A stretch of DNA of 51,038 nucleotides from a virus: IMG/VR virus record IMGVR_UViG_3300036466_000132; one strand, 5' to 3'. Made by a program: the position numbers and the translations under genes. The notes under the pieces are model-generated. The model saw nothing but the letters and a program-made list of their open reading frames with translations. It had not been told where the DNA came from and ran no database searches. Of the stretch, positions 23,716-33,068 are shown in pieces. Position 1 is the first letter of the stretch; every line of letters starts with the position of its first letter.

Positions 23716-23904
23716 TTACTCGGCCTCGGTCGGCTCTAGCTTGGTCTTGCGGGCGCGCGGCTTCGGCGCTTCGTCTTGCTGCTCGACTACCTCGCCAGGC
23801 GGCGCGAATCGAGCGTCGATGATCTTGAAGCCCTGAGCGCGCAGCTCAGCCTTCTGTTCCGGCGATACCGGATGCTGAACGTACTTGATCTTCTGTTCGG
23901 ACAT
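23716..23904 (-). CDS. Small hypothetical head-module protein
   Basis: 62-aa ORF between the capsid and connector genes. Confidence 0.45.
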   Translation of the reverse strand: MSEQKIKYVQHPVSPEQKAELRAQGFKIIDARFAPPGEVVEQQDEAPKPRARKTKLEPTEAE

Positions 23905-23950
23905 TTCAGTCTCCAGTGGAGCGGGGCGAGCCGGAGCCCGCCCCTATCGG

Positions 23951-24934
23951 TTACAGGGAAGCGTCACCGATGGTGATGACGCCCGCCGAGGCCTTGATCG
24001 AGTTCGCTACCAGATCCCAGTTGGAACCGGTGGCCAGCTCAGCGTCGGTCGGAGACTTGCCGCCGTTGGCGGTGTCCCAGGTATAGCCGCGCAACGCCAG
24101 ACCGAAGGAATAGTCGGCCTGGAAGGTCGTCTCGATGCGGCCCTTACCGTTGCTGGTCTCGATATTGGTGATCAGGTCGGAACCGTCCATCACCATGCCA
24201 GCGCCATCGGCCAGGGACAGCACGCGCTGCTTGGCAGGAGCAGCCGGAGTGGCGACCGCGGCCGAGTACAGCGCCGGGGAGTCGGTCACGATGACAGCTT
24301 TGCCGAGAATATCGACGATCGTCACGTCACCAGCCCGGAACAGCTGCTGCGCGTTGGTGAGGTTCTTCCCGATGAGGTCGTGGAAGGTCACGCCGTTCAT
24401 TACCTGCGCAACCAGACGGCCGGAGGCGTCGCCGAACTTGGCGTGCGCGGCGTTGATGGCGGCATAGGTAACACCGGCAGTAGCCGACACGTCGTTGGTC
24501 GCGGCGGCCTGGTTGCTGATGGCGGCGACCAGGGCGGCGATGACGGTATTCAGCTGATCCGCCACGATAGCCTCGGACAGGTTGCGGCTGATGACTTCCA
24601 ACGCTTCCTCCGGGCTCTTCTGAATCCAGGAGAGCTGCGAGGGCTCCCACAGGATCGGGCCGAAGCCGCCGGCCACCTTAACAGCGTCGTACTGCTTCTG
24701 GGAGAGCGCGGTTGCCGACTGGGCGCCGTTGGCGGCGTAGCGATCGACGCGGCGCTGGGCGCCATGCAGGCCAGCCCAGAATGATTCTTGCAGGAAGTCG
24801 CCGTCGATGCCCTGCGTGGTCAGGCGGATGGCGCCGGCCGAGGCGGCGTTGAACTTCTCAACGTCCTGGGCCAGGGTTTCGATGGTGGCGTTCTTGAGGT
24901 ATTCGTTGAATACCTTCATATCGGAAAGGGCCAT
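23951..24934 (-). CDS. Major capsid protein
   Basis: 327 aa, directly after the scaffold gene. Abundant-structural-protein composition. Confidence 0.8.
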   Translation of the reverse strand: MALSDMKVFNEYLKNATIETLAQDVEKFNAASAGAIRLTTQGIDGDFLQESFWAGLHGAQRRVDRYAANGAQSATALSQKQYDAVKVAGGFGPILWEPSQLSWIQKSPEEALEVISRNLSEAIVADQLNTVIAALVAAISNQAAATNDVSATAGVTYAAINAAHAKFGDASGRLVAQVMNGVTFHDLIGKNLTNAQQLFRAGDVTIVDILGKAVIVTDSPALYSAAVATPAAPAKQRVLSLADGAGMVMDGSDLITNIETSNGKGRIETTFQADYSFGLALRGYTWDTANGGKSPTDAELATGSNWDLVANSIKASAGVITIGDASL

Positions 24935-24946
24935 TCGGGCCTCCTA

Positions 24947-25684
24947 TCAGTTCTGTGCGGTTAGGGCCTTGATGGCTGCGAGGCGATCCTCTTTGCTGCC
25001 GCCAAAATTGCCCTTGGGTTTGGGTGGCTGACCGTTTCCGTTCGGAGCGCCGCCGCCGTTGGCACCGGAACTCTTAAGGATCGTGTCGCGATAGGGGTAA
25101 GCGTCGACGAGGGTTTCCAGCGCTTCATCGAAGTCGGCCAGCTCACCCGGGCGCGCACGGCTGAAGATCTTGTTGCCGTTGGCGTCATAGGCGACGACCT
25201 TGCCGTCCTCGATCTTGAAGCGATTCCCGAAGGTGGCTTGCACCATGTCAGCCGGGACAGCCAGCTTCTCGGCGATCACCTTGGAGCGAGCGAAGCTGCC
25301 GCCGATCTTCTCGCCGTACAGTTGCTGCTCGAGGGTCTGCGCCTTGGTGTTGGCTTCGTCCAGCTGGGCCTGGAAGGCCTTGCTGATCTCCGACTTGACC
25401 TTCTCGACTTCGCCGGCATCGATCAGCCGCTTCTGGTCGAGGCTTGCGACGGTTTCCAGTGCTTTGCGCGCAGCTGCCGGGTCTTCGAGACCCTCGAAAG
25501 CCTTGAGGGCCTTCTTGGCTTCGTCACGCTGCTGGAAGGCCTTCTCTGCCTCGCCTGCCAGGTACTGCGCACGGCTAGTGAGTTGGGCGACATCCACCGC
25601 CAGCTCCTTGCCATCATCGTGCACGTAGACCGGCTTGCCTTCTTGCAGGACTGCGTTGCCGTTTTCGTCAAGCTTCAGTTTCAT
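24947..25684 (-). CDS. Scaffolding protein
   Basis: Highly charged helical protein upstream of the capsid gene. GGAGAAAGA SD before ATG 25684. Confidence 0.7.
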   Translation of the reverse strand: MKLKLDENGNAVLQEGKPVYVHDDGKELAVDVAQLTSRAQYLAGEAEKAFQQRDEAKKALKAFEGLEDPAAARKALETVASLDQKRLIDAGEVEKVKSEISKAFQAQLDEANTKAQTLEQQLYGEKIGGSFARSKVIAEKLAVPADMVQATFGNRFKIEDGKVVAYDANGNKIFSRARPGELADFDEALETLVDAYPYRDTILKSSGANGGGAPNGNGQPPKPKGNFGGSKEDRLAAIKALTAQN

Positions 25685-25765
25685 CTCGTCTTTCTCCGGC
25701 CATCCGGCCATTGCGTTGAGCCATCCGGCCCGGTGGCGCCCCGTCCCATCCGAAACTGCGGGCAT

Positions 25766-25787
25766 AAAAAAACCGCCATGCGGCGGT
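25766..25787 (-). terminator. Intrinsic terminator after the KilA-N gene
   Basis: ACCGCC-gcat-GGCGGT followed by TTTTTTT on the minus strand. Confidence 0.65.
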
Positions 25788-25806
25788 GTGTTTGGCTGGG
25801 CAGGCC

Positions 25807-26319
25807 TTATGCGGCCTCAAGTCCCAATGTCATTTGCAGCTGCTCGCGCCAGTGCTCGACTTGAGCAATCATCCCGGGCTTAACCCAGCGGTGCTTCGCC
25901 AGCTCGCGGCCTGCCATGCTCCCGCGCTCGTTTTGATCATCAAGCGCCTTGCAAGCTCGGTCGAACTGCTGCTTTTCGGTCAGCTCGCCGCGGAGCAATG
26001 CGTCTATGTGAAGGTCGGCCCATACGGCGAATTCCAAGTCTAGCCAGCGGGCGAAAACAACAGCCAGCTTTGGATGGAGCCACGTACCCCCGCTTCGGCC
26101 TTTCGTGCTACTGACTAAAAGGTGGGATTCCCCCACATTTAAATGCCGCGCCAGCGCATCCATGTATCTCGCCGTGTCGGGCAGACGAAGCCATTCGGCC
26201 GGCTTCTTCCCGAAACGCTTGGCCACATCTGTAGCATTGATCCAGCCCTCGCTGTTGAAACGCACCGGCTGGCCTTGGTAGTGAAATGGAACGACGTTGT
26301 TCATGTTCATGCCCTGCAA
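25807..26319 (-). CDS. KilA-N domain DNA-binding protein (insert inside the head module)
   Basis: NNVVPFHYQGQPVRFNSEGWINATDVAKRFGKKPAEWLRLPDT...GTWLHPKLAVVFARWL is the KilA-N signature. The start is ambiguous among TTG 26319, ATG 26310 and ATG 26304. Confidence 0.75.
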   Translation of the reverse strand: MQGMNMNNVVPFHYQGQPVRFNSEGWINATDVAKRFGKKPAEWLRLPDTARYMDALARHLNVGESHLLVSSTKGRSGGTWLHPKLAVVFARWLDLEFAVWADLHIDALLRGELTEKQQFDRACKALDDQNERGSMAGRELAKHRWVKPGMIAQVEHWREQLQMTLGLEAA

Positions 26320-26486
26320 TGAGCCCTGGAAATAGATCGACCGTAGAAACGCTCCAGGGAAAGCGCTTTCGGATGCCTCCTATCTACGGTCGTTTGCAAG
26401 GCGCAGCGGGGCGGACGGATGAGCGAACATCCGCCTTTCGGCTGTACGGGCCTAGCTGCGTGTTGGTTTGCCTTTCGGCTGAAACG

Positions 26487-26512
26487 AAAAAGCCCCGCAC
26501 GATGGCGAGGCT
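26487..26512 (-). terminator. Intrinsic terminator (first of a tandem pair)
   Basis: AGCCTCGC...GCGGGGCT stem with one mismatch, followed by TTTTT on the minus strand. Confidence 0.5.
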
Positions 26513-26522
26513 CTAGAAATGG

Positions 26523-26544
26523 AAAACCCGGCGCGGGGCCGGGT
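26523..26544 (-). terminator. Intrinsic terminator (second of a tandem pair)
   Basis: ACCCGGC-cccgc-GCCGGGT followed by TTTT on the minus strand. Confidence 0.5.
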
Positions 26545-26563
26545 CTTTGGTGTCGCTATCAGA

Positions 26564-26818
26564 TCAGCAGAGCACTACGCGCTCGCCACGCATGAAGCAT
26601 GACGCGCACAGGATCTGCTTCGTCCCGCCCTGCGCCTTGCCGTTCTTGTAGAGCATGCCGATTTTGGTTTCCAGCACTTCGCGCGAGCCGCATCGGCCGC
26701 ACTGAATCATGCTGGCCGGCTTTGGCATCGCGCGCATTCGCTTGCGCACCTGCTCTGCCGGACTATCCGGTGCAGGTGTGCCGTCGATGACGTGGAGTTT
26801 CGGCTTCTGGTCGCTCAT
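26564..26818 (-). CDS. Small zinc-ribbon protein
   Basis: 84 aa with CGRCGS...CASC. Confidence 0.55.
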   Translation of the reverse strand: MSDQKPKLHVIDGTPAPDSPAEQVRKRMRAMPKPASMIQCGRCGSREVLETKIGMLYKNGKAQGGTKQILCASCFMRGERVVLC

Positions 26819-26825
26819 TTCGCCA

Positions 26826-27941
26826 TCATAGCCCAGCCTTGGCGAAGGCAGCAGCGTCTCTTTCGCGGAGTTCGTCGAGCGACAGGTAGATGCCCTTGTC
26901 GTTGTAGAAGCGATCCATCTTCAGCCCGCCTTGGCGCATCAGCTTGCCGCGTGCCGGGCCGAGGATTTGATCCTGACGCGCCGCGCTCTGCTCCATCAGC
27001 CACTGGCCGTAGGTTTTATCGGCCGGGATCTGGCCGTCCATGCTGGCTCTCGTGCCGGCGTCGATCTCGTCTGGCGACAGGCCGAGTTCTTCCCAGCCCT
27101 TCAGGGCGGTGACACTGGTAGACCGGCAGCGCCAATGGATGCGCCCAGGCCCGGCCAGCCATGGCACTTTGTGACCGATCGGCTTGTGCGTCTCGACCTC
27201 ATAGCGCAGGCCGTCACGAATGCGGCACTCGGGCGTCGTTCGCGAGTCAATCGTACTCGTCCAAGTCAAAGCCGCGATGATGTCGGCGTTTGCTCCGTAG
27301 AACGCATCACGCGCCGTCTCTGCGGTGTGACTGATCGCCGTGCGGACCATCGCGTCAATGTCGAGCCGGCTGCGCTGTAGCAGACCGTCCGCGTAGCCCT
27401 CGGCACGAATGCCCATGATCCCGCGAATGATCTCGTCGGTCGTCTGGCCGTTCACGATGCCGATACGGATGGCGTCCCGAATGCGCGCCGCGCGGGTCGA
27501 CTCTAGATCGCTAAGCCACTCCTTGAGCAGACGCCCCTGGAATGGCCTAGCGAAAGCGGCGGCACGAACCTGGCCGAGATTCACATTTGCCAGCGGCACG
27601 GCAACCAGCACCTGATTGGGCAGCGTGGCCGTAAACAGCGTCTGCTGGTAGCCCAACTCATAAGCGGCCAGCTCGTCGACGACCTTCACAACCTCCTCGC
27701 CAATCTCGGCGTAAATGGCCTTGTTAAGTTCGCGCACCGACTCCAGCACGCTATTCATGTGCGTGACCGTGAAACGATCTGTTCCCATGCGCTCAACTGC
27801 GGCAACCAGGCGCTGTCGAAGGTCTGCGTCGGCACGGTTCAGCAACGCAATGATCTTGCGCGCCTCGCCGTTGCTCAGCTGCTGCAGGTCTATGGCATGA
27901 CTGATCGCGGCATCAAGCAATCGCTCGTTGACGGTTGCCAT
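26826..27941 (-). CDS. Head morphogenesis protein (SPP1 gp7 / Mu F-like minor capsid protein)
   Basis: Follows the portal gene and contains the family motif ...TIDSRTTPECRIRDG.... Confidence 0.85.
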   Translation of the reverse strand: MATVNERLLDAAISHAIDLQQLSNGEARKIIALLNRADADLRQRLVAAVERMGTDRFTVTHMNSVLESVRELNKAIYAEIGEEVVKVVDELAAYELGYQQTLFTATLPNQVLVAVPLANVNLGQVRAAAFARPFQGRLLKEWLSDLESTRAARIRDAIRIGIVNGQTTDEIIRGIMGIRAEGYADGLLQRSRLDIDAMVRTAISHTAETARDAFYGANADIIAALTWTSTIDSRTTPECRIRDGLRYEVETHKPIGHKVPWLAGPGRIHWRCRSTSVTALKGWEELGLSPDEIDAGTRASMDGQIPADKTYGQWLMEQSAARQDQILGPARGKLMRQGGLKMDRFYNDKGIYLSLDELRERDAAAFAKAGL

Positions 27942-29299
27942 CAGATCACCCCAATGCCAGGCCCTTGCGCCTCGATCTTCTCTTTCTCAGCGTCCCAGTC
28001 GTACTCATCGCTGATGATCCCGCGCCGCTGCATCTCAGCGAACAGGGTTTCATCGCTGAGCTTGCCGGAGTTGGCCATCTGCAGCAGTTGCGGCACCGAT
28101 ACTTCCGGCGCCCAATCCTGATCGAAGTTGCCGCGCATCTCGACCATGCCGCCATCTGGCAGCCCGAGGTAGTCGGCCATCACCTGCAGCATCTGCGCGA
28201 TGGCATCAGCGAACTGGCTTGCCATGCGAGCCAGCGGGGACAGCTCTTGCGCTGCCTCCTCGTTCGCCTGGGTCGCCGTCTTGGTCTGCTGCTTTTCTTT
28301 CTGCAGCAGCTTGGCGCCGGCCATCCGCATTTCTTCGATCAGGTCTTGCAGCGACTCCCGGCCAGCGTTGATAGCTGCCCCGGTGTGCTCGACGTACTTG
28401 GCATCGCCGTCTTTCGGCATGCGGGTCGCGCTGCCTGAGCTGATCACCAGCTCGAACTGCTCGTCGTCGGTGAAGGTGAACAGCAGCGGCACCCGGGCGA
28501 CATGCAGGAGGTTGTCCTGATCGCTCTGGGACTGCCAGTGCTTGACGTTGAGGTGCGCCAGTTCGAGCAGCGGCGGCTTTGCCGTCAGGAAGCCGGTGCG
28601 GCCGGTATAGAACGAGACAAGCGGCACGTAGCCGAGGCTGGTAGTGCCTTCGTCGTGCCGGACCCATGCGCCGCCATTGTCGGCCTTGCGATAGGTGCGC
28701 CAGATGCCGGGCTCAAGAACTCGCACCTGGGCGACCGACTTCACGCCGAACTCGCCGTCAGCCTCCTCGATCGACTCCATGTAGCGGAACTGTGCCAGCT
28801 TGCCGCCCTCAACACGCCAGCCAAGCACCTGCTCGGGGCGAATCAGCACGGCATAAGGGCGAACCCCTGCAGCGATCTCGTCTGCGCGAGTGCGGAGACC
28901 TTCGGCGCGCGGGTACTCAACCAGCACGTGACAGAGGCCATGGCTTAGCGCATGGCGGAATAGGTCGACCGACCAGCTGTTCAGGTCATTCCCGGCAAGA
29001 TCGATGTCCTTGCACAGCTCAGCCAGGCGCTCGGGCACGTCGTCACCCAACTGCAGCGGCTCAGCGAACACACGAGAGGTCATGTTGTTGACCGTCTCGG
29101 CGTAGGCCGGCAGCAGCGTGGAGAGGCGTAGACGCTCCTTATAGGTATCGTCCTCCTCGGCCTGGTACTGAGGCAGCAGAGCACGCCCAGCGGCCCGCAT
29201 AGCCTTGGTGCCGCCCATGAGCGGCGCAACGATGGCCCAATCCTCGCGCATGGCATCCACGGCCGGGATTGTTTTGGACGGGTCGTTGCTCATGGTCAC
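27941..29299 (-). CDS. Portal protein
   Basis: About 450 aa, immediately downstream of TerL. The start is either GTG 29299 or ATG 29293. Confidence 0.85.
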   Translation of the reverse strand: MTMSNDPSKTIPAVDAMREDWAIVAPLMGGTKAMRAAGRALLPQYQAEEDDTYKERLRLSTLLPAYAETVNNMTSRVFAEPLQLGDDVPERLAELCKDIDLAGNDLNSWSVDLFRHALSHGLCHVLVEYPRAEGLRTRADEIAAGVRPYAVLIRPEQVLGWRVEGGKLAQFRYMESIEEADGEFGVKSVAQVRVLEPGIWRTYRKADNGGAWVRHDEGTTSLGYVPLVSFYTGRTGFLTAKPPLLELAHLNVKHWQSQSDQDNLLHVARVPLLFTFTDDEQFELVISSGSATRMPKDGDAKYVEHTGAAINAGRESLQDLIEEMRMAGAKLLQKEKQQTKTATQANEEAAQELSPLARMASQFADAIAQMLQVMADYLGLPDGGMVEMRGNFDQDWAPEVSVPQLLQMANSGKLSDETLFAEMQRRGIISDEYDWDAEKEKIEAQGPGIGVI

Positions 29300-30609
29300 A
29301 TCCGTAGCGATTGGGTTTTGGTGACTTGCTGTTTGATTGGGTATCGCTTGGCGATGAAGTAGCCCGCAGCGTCGTTCATGTGGTCATAGCCGCCCTTTTT
29401 GTCGGGCTCGCCCTTGTCCGTGTAGACCTGACGCTCAAGGCACTGCGTGAACTGCGGGCATTGGTCGACGTTGACCTTGAGCCGGCGCTCGCCATACGTG
29501 TTCAGGAACATGGCGTTCATCGCATTGACGCGATCCTTCACGCTCGGGTTGGTGGAGTCCACGACCACGGTGAAGCCCGCCTTCTTGAGCAGCGACAAAT
29601 CGGACTCACTCGCATTCTTGCTACTGGTGTTCTGGCCGCTTGCGTCGGGGTAAACCGCGATGCTGTGATCTGGAAAGCGGGCCTTGATCTTCTCGATCAG
29701 CTCTGGCGTATCGCGGACGGCGTGGAATTCATCCAGGGCCAGCGGAAGGCCCTCGCGGACGACGTAGACCACCGCGCTCATTTTCATCACGTTAAAGTCG
29801 ACACCAATATGCAGCGTCTCGCCTGGCTTGATTCGCTCGGCCGTGCGGCACTCCTCACGGTTGAACGTGTAGTACACGACGCCGGCATAGTTCTCGAAGC
29901 TGGCTTCGTATTCCTGCCGGAAGGTGCGCGGGTCCATCTTGCGACGGGCCGCTTCCAGCTCCTCCGCGGGGACGTTTCCACCGTCAAGCGACGTATACAG
30001 CCAGCTCTTGTGGTCAGGCTCATGGCCTGGCCTGCCGTCTTGGAACGTGTCGTAGCAGTGGTTGAAGCCCTTTGGCGTCCCGATCCGCAGTGCGTGGCCG
30101 CCCTTTCGAGTGCCTACGCCTGGAATCTCGTACTGGCACGTCGAGAGCATCGGGCGCAGCACCTCTTCCCACGCTTCCCATGGGCAGTCGGCCCACTCGT
30201 CCACCAGGACGAAGAACAGGCCTGACCCGCGCAGGTTGTCGTAGTTGTCGAGGCCTACCACGCGCATGACGTGGCCAGACTTCAGAGTGATCGAGCATTC
30301 GGTCTCGTTCGGCCGATGAGCGCGCCACGCCTCAGGGATGGCTTGCTTCAAGCGGCGCCAGAAGACGCGCTTGGCCTGCTTGAATGTCGGCGCGCCGTAC
30401 CAGATTTCATCCTCGACGCTTACGCCCCACTCAGCAGCCAGGCGGGCAGCACGTCGCATCTCGGCCTTGCCGAGGAATGTCTTTCCAAAGCGGCGCCCGC
30501 ACACTGCGTCGCGGAAGCGCGCCTCTGGCTGGAACCCCCACACATAGATGTTCGCCTGCTTCGGCGTCAGCTTTACAGGAGGATCAAAGGTACGGGGTAG
30601 TCGGGACAT
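29296..30609 (-). CDS. terL: Terminase large subunit
   Basis: Walker A-like CGRRFGKTF, an ATPase region (LVDEWAD) and a C-terminal nuclease region. ATG 30609 is preferred over the track start at 30669. Confidence 0.9.
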   Translation of the reverse strand: MSRLPRTFDPPVKLTPKQANIYVWGFQPEARFRDAVCGRRFGKTFLGKAEMRRAARLAAEWGVSVEDEIWYGAPTFKQAKRVFWRRLKQAIPEAWRAHRPNETECSITLKSGHVMRVVGLDNYDNLRGSGLFFVLVDEWADCPWEAWEEVLRPMLSTCQYEIPGVGTRKGGHALRIGTPKGFNHCYDTFQDGRPGHEPDHKSWLYTSLDGGNVPAEELEAARRKMDPRTFRQEYEASFENYAGVVYYTFNREECRTAERIKPGETLHIGVDFNVMKMSAVVYVVREGLPLALDEFHAVRDTPELIEKIKARFPDHSIAVYPDASGQNTSSKNASESDLSLLKKAGFTVVVDSTNPSVKDRVNAMNAMFLNTYGERRLKVNVDQCPQFTQCLERQVYTDKGEPDKKGGYDHMNDAAGYFIAKRYPIKQQVTKTQSLRM

Positions 30610-31060
30610 TCTCGTCTGGCTCCAGCTTGTACTCAGCAACGGCGTGCTGCTGGTCAGCGGTGGACCCAAGCGGTTTTTCTGGCTCGATCCGGCGGTTCAC
30701 GTACACGTCGCCGACCTCTTTGGCTGCTTGCTCCAGTAGCTGGGCAGTCAGCGCCATGTTCTTCATGCTCTCGGCCTTCTCGGCCAAGCGACCCAGCGTT
30801 CGCAGCCGATACGCACGGTTGGCGATCGGTATCTCTGCCGTCTCTTCACGGAAGCGCTTGCGGGTATCCTCAAACAGATGCTTCCACTTCGGCGCCAAGC
30901 CACGGCCGGACACCTTGGTCGGATCGTGCGACTCGATCTGCTGCCGGCTGATGGACAGCCCAAATTCTCTTTGGACCGACTCTGCTACCTGTGATGGCGT
31001 GTCAAAACAGGCGAGGGCCTGAACCACAAAGGCCTTCACCTCGCTAGATAGGGCTGCCAT
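30584..31060 (-). CDS. terS: Terminase small subunit (DUF2280-type)
   Basis: MAALSSEVKAFVVQALACFDTPSQVAESVQREFGLSISRQQIESHDP resembles DUF2280. It is directly upstream of TerL and overlaps it. Confidence 0.7.
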   Translation of the reverse strand: MAALSSEVKAFVVQALACFDTPSQVAESVQREFGLSISRQQIESHDPTKVSGRGLAPKWKHLFEDTRKRFREETAEIPIANRAYRLRTLGRLAEKAESMKNMALTAQLLEQAAKEVGDVYVNRRIEPEKPLGSTADQQHAVAEYKLEPDENVPTTPYL

Positions 31061-31090
31061 AGGCGTTCATCCGTCCAAACCTGTCTAAAT

Positions 31091-31717
31091 TCAGGCCGAC
31101 TTGAGCAGACAGGTTCCGCAGGCCCTCGAAATGTTGATCTTCGCTACCTCAGCCGGCTTCATTGCGGCATCCACGAGCTGTTGCACGCCTTGACTGGCCC
31201 CGTAGCGTCTGACGACCCCTACGAACTCCTCAACGTCGTGCCCGCGCATCTCAAGCCTTGGCAACCCTTCCTGCGTGAACTTGGGAGCGCCGAATGCGTC
31301 CTTCGCCTGGGCGATGTGGTACAGCTCATGCTCTACCAGTGCGCAGAACTCAGCATCGGAGCATTGCGCGCAGTAATCAGCCGCCAAAGTGATGAGGTAG
31401 GCAGGAACGCGGCCGAACCAGTCAAGCATCTGCTGCTCTTGGCGAGCCTTCTGCCAGCCGCCGGCACGGAACATCAACTGCTCAGCCTGGCCAACGATTA
31501 CTCGACCCTGTTTGGCGAACGAGGACGAGGCCCATAGCAAGCCAATATCGGCGTCTATCAGGTGCGCGTGATCGGGGTTATGGATGCTGCCCGTGTCTGC
31601 CAGAACCTGCTCGCTTATCCAGGCCCACACTTCAGTCGCTGGCGTCAGGCGCAGCCCTATATCCGCGAACTCACTCAGCTCGAGCATGCTGGCAGGAGGC
31701 ATAGGCCTGTCAGTCAT
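31091..31717 (-). CDS. Putative phage metallopeptidase (HExxH)
   Basis: The VEHELYHI zinc motif in a 208-aa protein upstream of the terminase genes. Confidence 0.6.
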   Translation of the reverse strand: MTDRPMPPASMLELSEFADIGLRLTPATEVWAWISEQVLADTGSIHNPDHAHLIDADIGLLWASSSFAKQGRVIVGQAEQLMFRAGGWQKARQEQQMLDWFGRVPAYLITLAADYCAQCSDAEFCALVEHELYHIAQAKDAFGAPKFTQEGLPRLEMRGHDVEEFVGVVRRYGASQGVQQLVDAAMKPAEVAKINISRACGTCLLKSA

Positions 31718-31932
31718 GCGCTACTCCGGTTACTCGATGCATCCACTCCACCACTATCCGCCGCAGCACGGGCTCGGTCAGGATGCTGGATGGAGGCTGC
31801 CGATCGGCTATTTCTGCTACGGCGCCCATTCAGGTACTTCCGTCTAGCCGCTCTCCCCATTTCCCCTGCACAGAGGCAGGCGATGCAGATGCCTAGCCAG
31901 GTGATGAGGAGGATGGCGTGGAGGCGTTTCAT
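31714..31932 (-). CDS. Small membrane-anchored protein next to the holin
   Basis: N-terminal MKRLHAILLITWLGICIACLC. Overlaps both neighbours. The Arg-rich C-terminal half looks less protein-like. Confidence 0.4.
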   Translation of the reverse strand: MKRLHAILLITWLGICIACLCAGEMGRAARRKYLNGRRSRNSRSAASIQHPDRARAAADSGGVDASSNRSSA

Positions 31933-32252
31933 ACGCCGGCCTTCTTCTCCCCGAACCGGATAGCCAGGTCACGGAGCTTTTCTGTTCCGAGGAAGCCAAC
32001 CGATCCTCCGACGAACGTAGCCATGCTCTGCGGGAGGCCGAAGTACTCGAGCAGCGGGACCAGGGTCAGCGTGGCGAATCCACACAGAGCGCCCTCGAGC
32101 ACCATCTGCCGCTTAGTTCCGCCCCCGTACACGACTCGCAGCACGGCGATAGTCACGGACAGACAGAACGCGTACAGGCTCGGCGCAATAGCGTGCAGCC
32201 ATGCGAGGACCGCAGCCCATACTTCTGGACTTTTCTCGGGCATCTTGGGCAT
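31929..32252 (-). CDS. Class I holin, lambda S family, with dual-start motif
   Basis: MPKMPEK... and ...IRFGEKKAGV parallel lambda S (MKMPEK..., ...KRFAAKKAGV). Three hydrophobic segments. Confidence 0.8.
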   Translation of the reverse strand: MPKMPEKSPEVWAAVLAWLHAIAPSLYAFCLSVTIAVLRVVYGGGTKRQMVLEGALCGFATLTLVPLLEYFGLPQSMATFVGGSVGFLGTEKLRDLAIRFGEKKAGV

Positions 32253-32355
32253 CTCGGTTATCCCGCATGGGGCAGTTGAATTAGTCCGGCCTCACATGCG
32301 CGTGCGATCCGCCTATGAGCAAGGAGGCAGGCATGGGGCCGGAATAGGGTTGGGC

Positions 32356-32715
32356 TTAGCCCTGTTCGTGCAGTCGCTGGCGGAGCAAGTAGCCTTCCAG
32401 CAACCAAATCTTGTTGCGGGCGTTGTCGCGGGCGATCTTCCGGCCGATCTCGGCGTTGAAGTTTTCAGGGCTAGCGCAGGCCGACTCGCCGGTGACGGTG
32501 AAGCCGTTCTTGAGGACTAGTACACAAAAAGTTAACTGCCGAAGAGGATGGCTGGCGGGAACTGGTGGCTGGAACTCATCGGCCGCAATGCCTTCTCCGG
32601 CATTGATGTACCACTCGCTGGCAATAACTGAATCGATCAGGGCGGGCGTCAGTCGCGGCGCATTCAGGCCTTTGGCTTGGATCTCTTGCTCGAGTGCTGC
32701 TTCATTGGTCGGCAT
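32356..32715 (-). CDS. Gp49/Sf6 gp66-family protein
   Basis: LTFCVLVLKNGFTVTGESACASPENFNAEIGRKIARDNARNKIWLLEGYLL matches that family's signature. ATG 32715 has a GAGGAAG SD. Confidence 0.6.
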   Translation of the reverse strand: MPTNEAALEQEIQAKGLNAPRLTPALIDSVIASEWYINAGEGIAADEFQPPVPASHPLRQLTFCVLVLKNGFTVTGESACASPENFNAEIGRKIARDNARNKIWLLEGYLLRQRLHEQG

Positions 32716-32743
32716 CGCGTCTTCCTCTAGTGGGTGCGATAAC

Positions 32744-32769
32744 AAAAAAGCCCCGCACTAGGCGAGGCT
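32744..32769 (-). terminator. Intrinsic terminator (second terminator downstream of the Q gene)
   Basis: AGCCTCGC-ctagt-GCGGGGCT followed by TTTTTT on the minus strand. Confidence 0.6.
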
Positions 32770-32981
32770 TGTATGGTTGCACTGCATTGCACGTTAGGCC
32801 GCGTAAGCTGCCGTGGCGCTGCACCTTAGTGCGCGATGCGGTGCGAATGAATATCCGCGCGATTTGTGCATGACCATGTTGAGGTGTTTCTCCAAATGGT
32901 CAGAGGCATGGCGGATGTATTGAGTTGGTGCGCATGGTGGCGAGCCATTCAAACGGCCTTTAGCGCCCGAAACTGAGGCAC

Positions 32982-33008
32982 AAAAAAGCCCGACTCATTG
33001 GCCGGGCT
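32982..33008 (-). terminator. Intrinsic terminator about 50 nt downstream of the candidate late promoter (tR'-like)
   Basis: AGCCCG...CGGGCT stem followed by TTTTTT on the minus strand. Confidence 0.6.
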
Positions 33009-33039
33009 CTTCTGAAGCGGTAAAACCGCAATTTGTGCC

Positions 33040-33068
33040 AGATTGCCAGATTGGCGTTAACACGTCAA
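33040..33068 (-). promoter_or_regulatory. Candidate late promoter (PR'-like) with an extended -10 and a tandem 8-bp repeat
   Basis: Minus strand reads TTGACG, 14 nt, TGg-CAATCT. CAATCTGG is repeated in tandem (33038-33053). It sits just after the Q-like gene's stop. Confidence 0.35.

Noticed and set aside
23885-24784. 299-aa plus-strand ORF.
   Set aside because: It is antisense to the major capsid gene. It has typical GC-rich shadow-frame composition and no SD.
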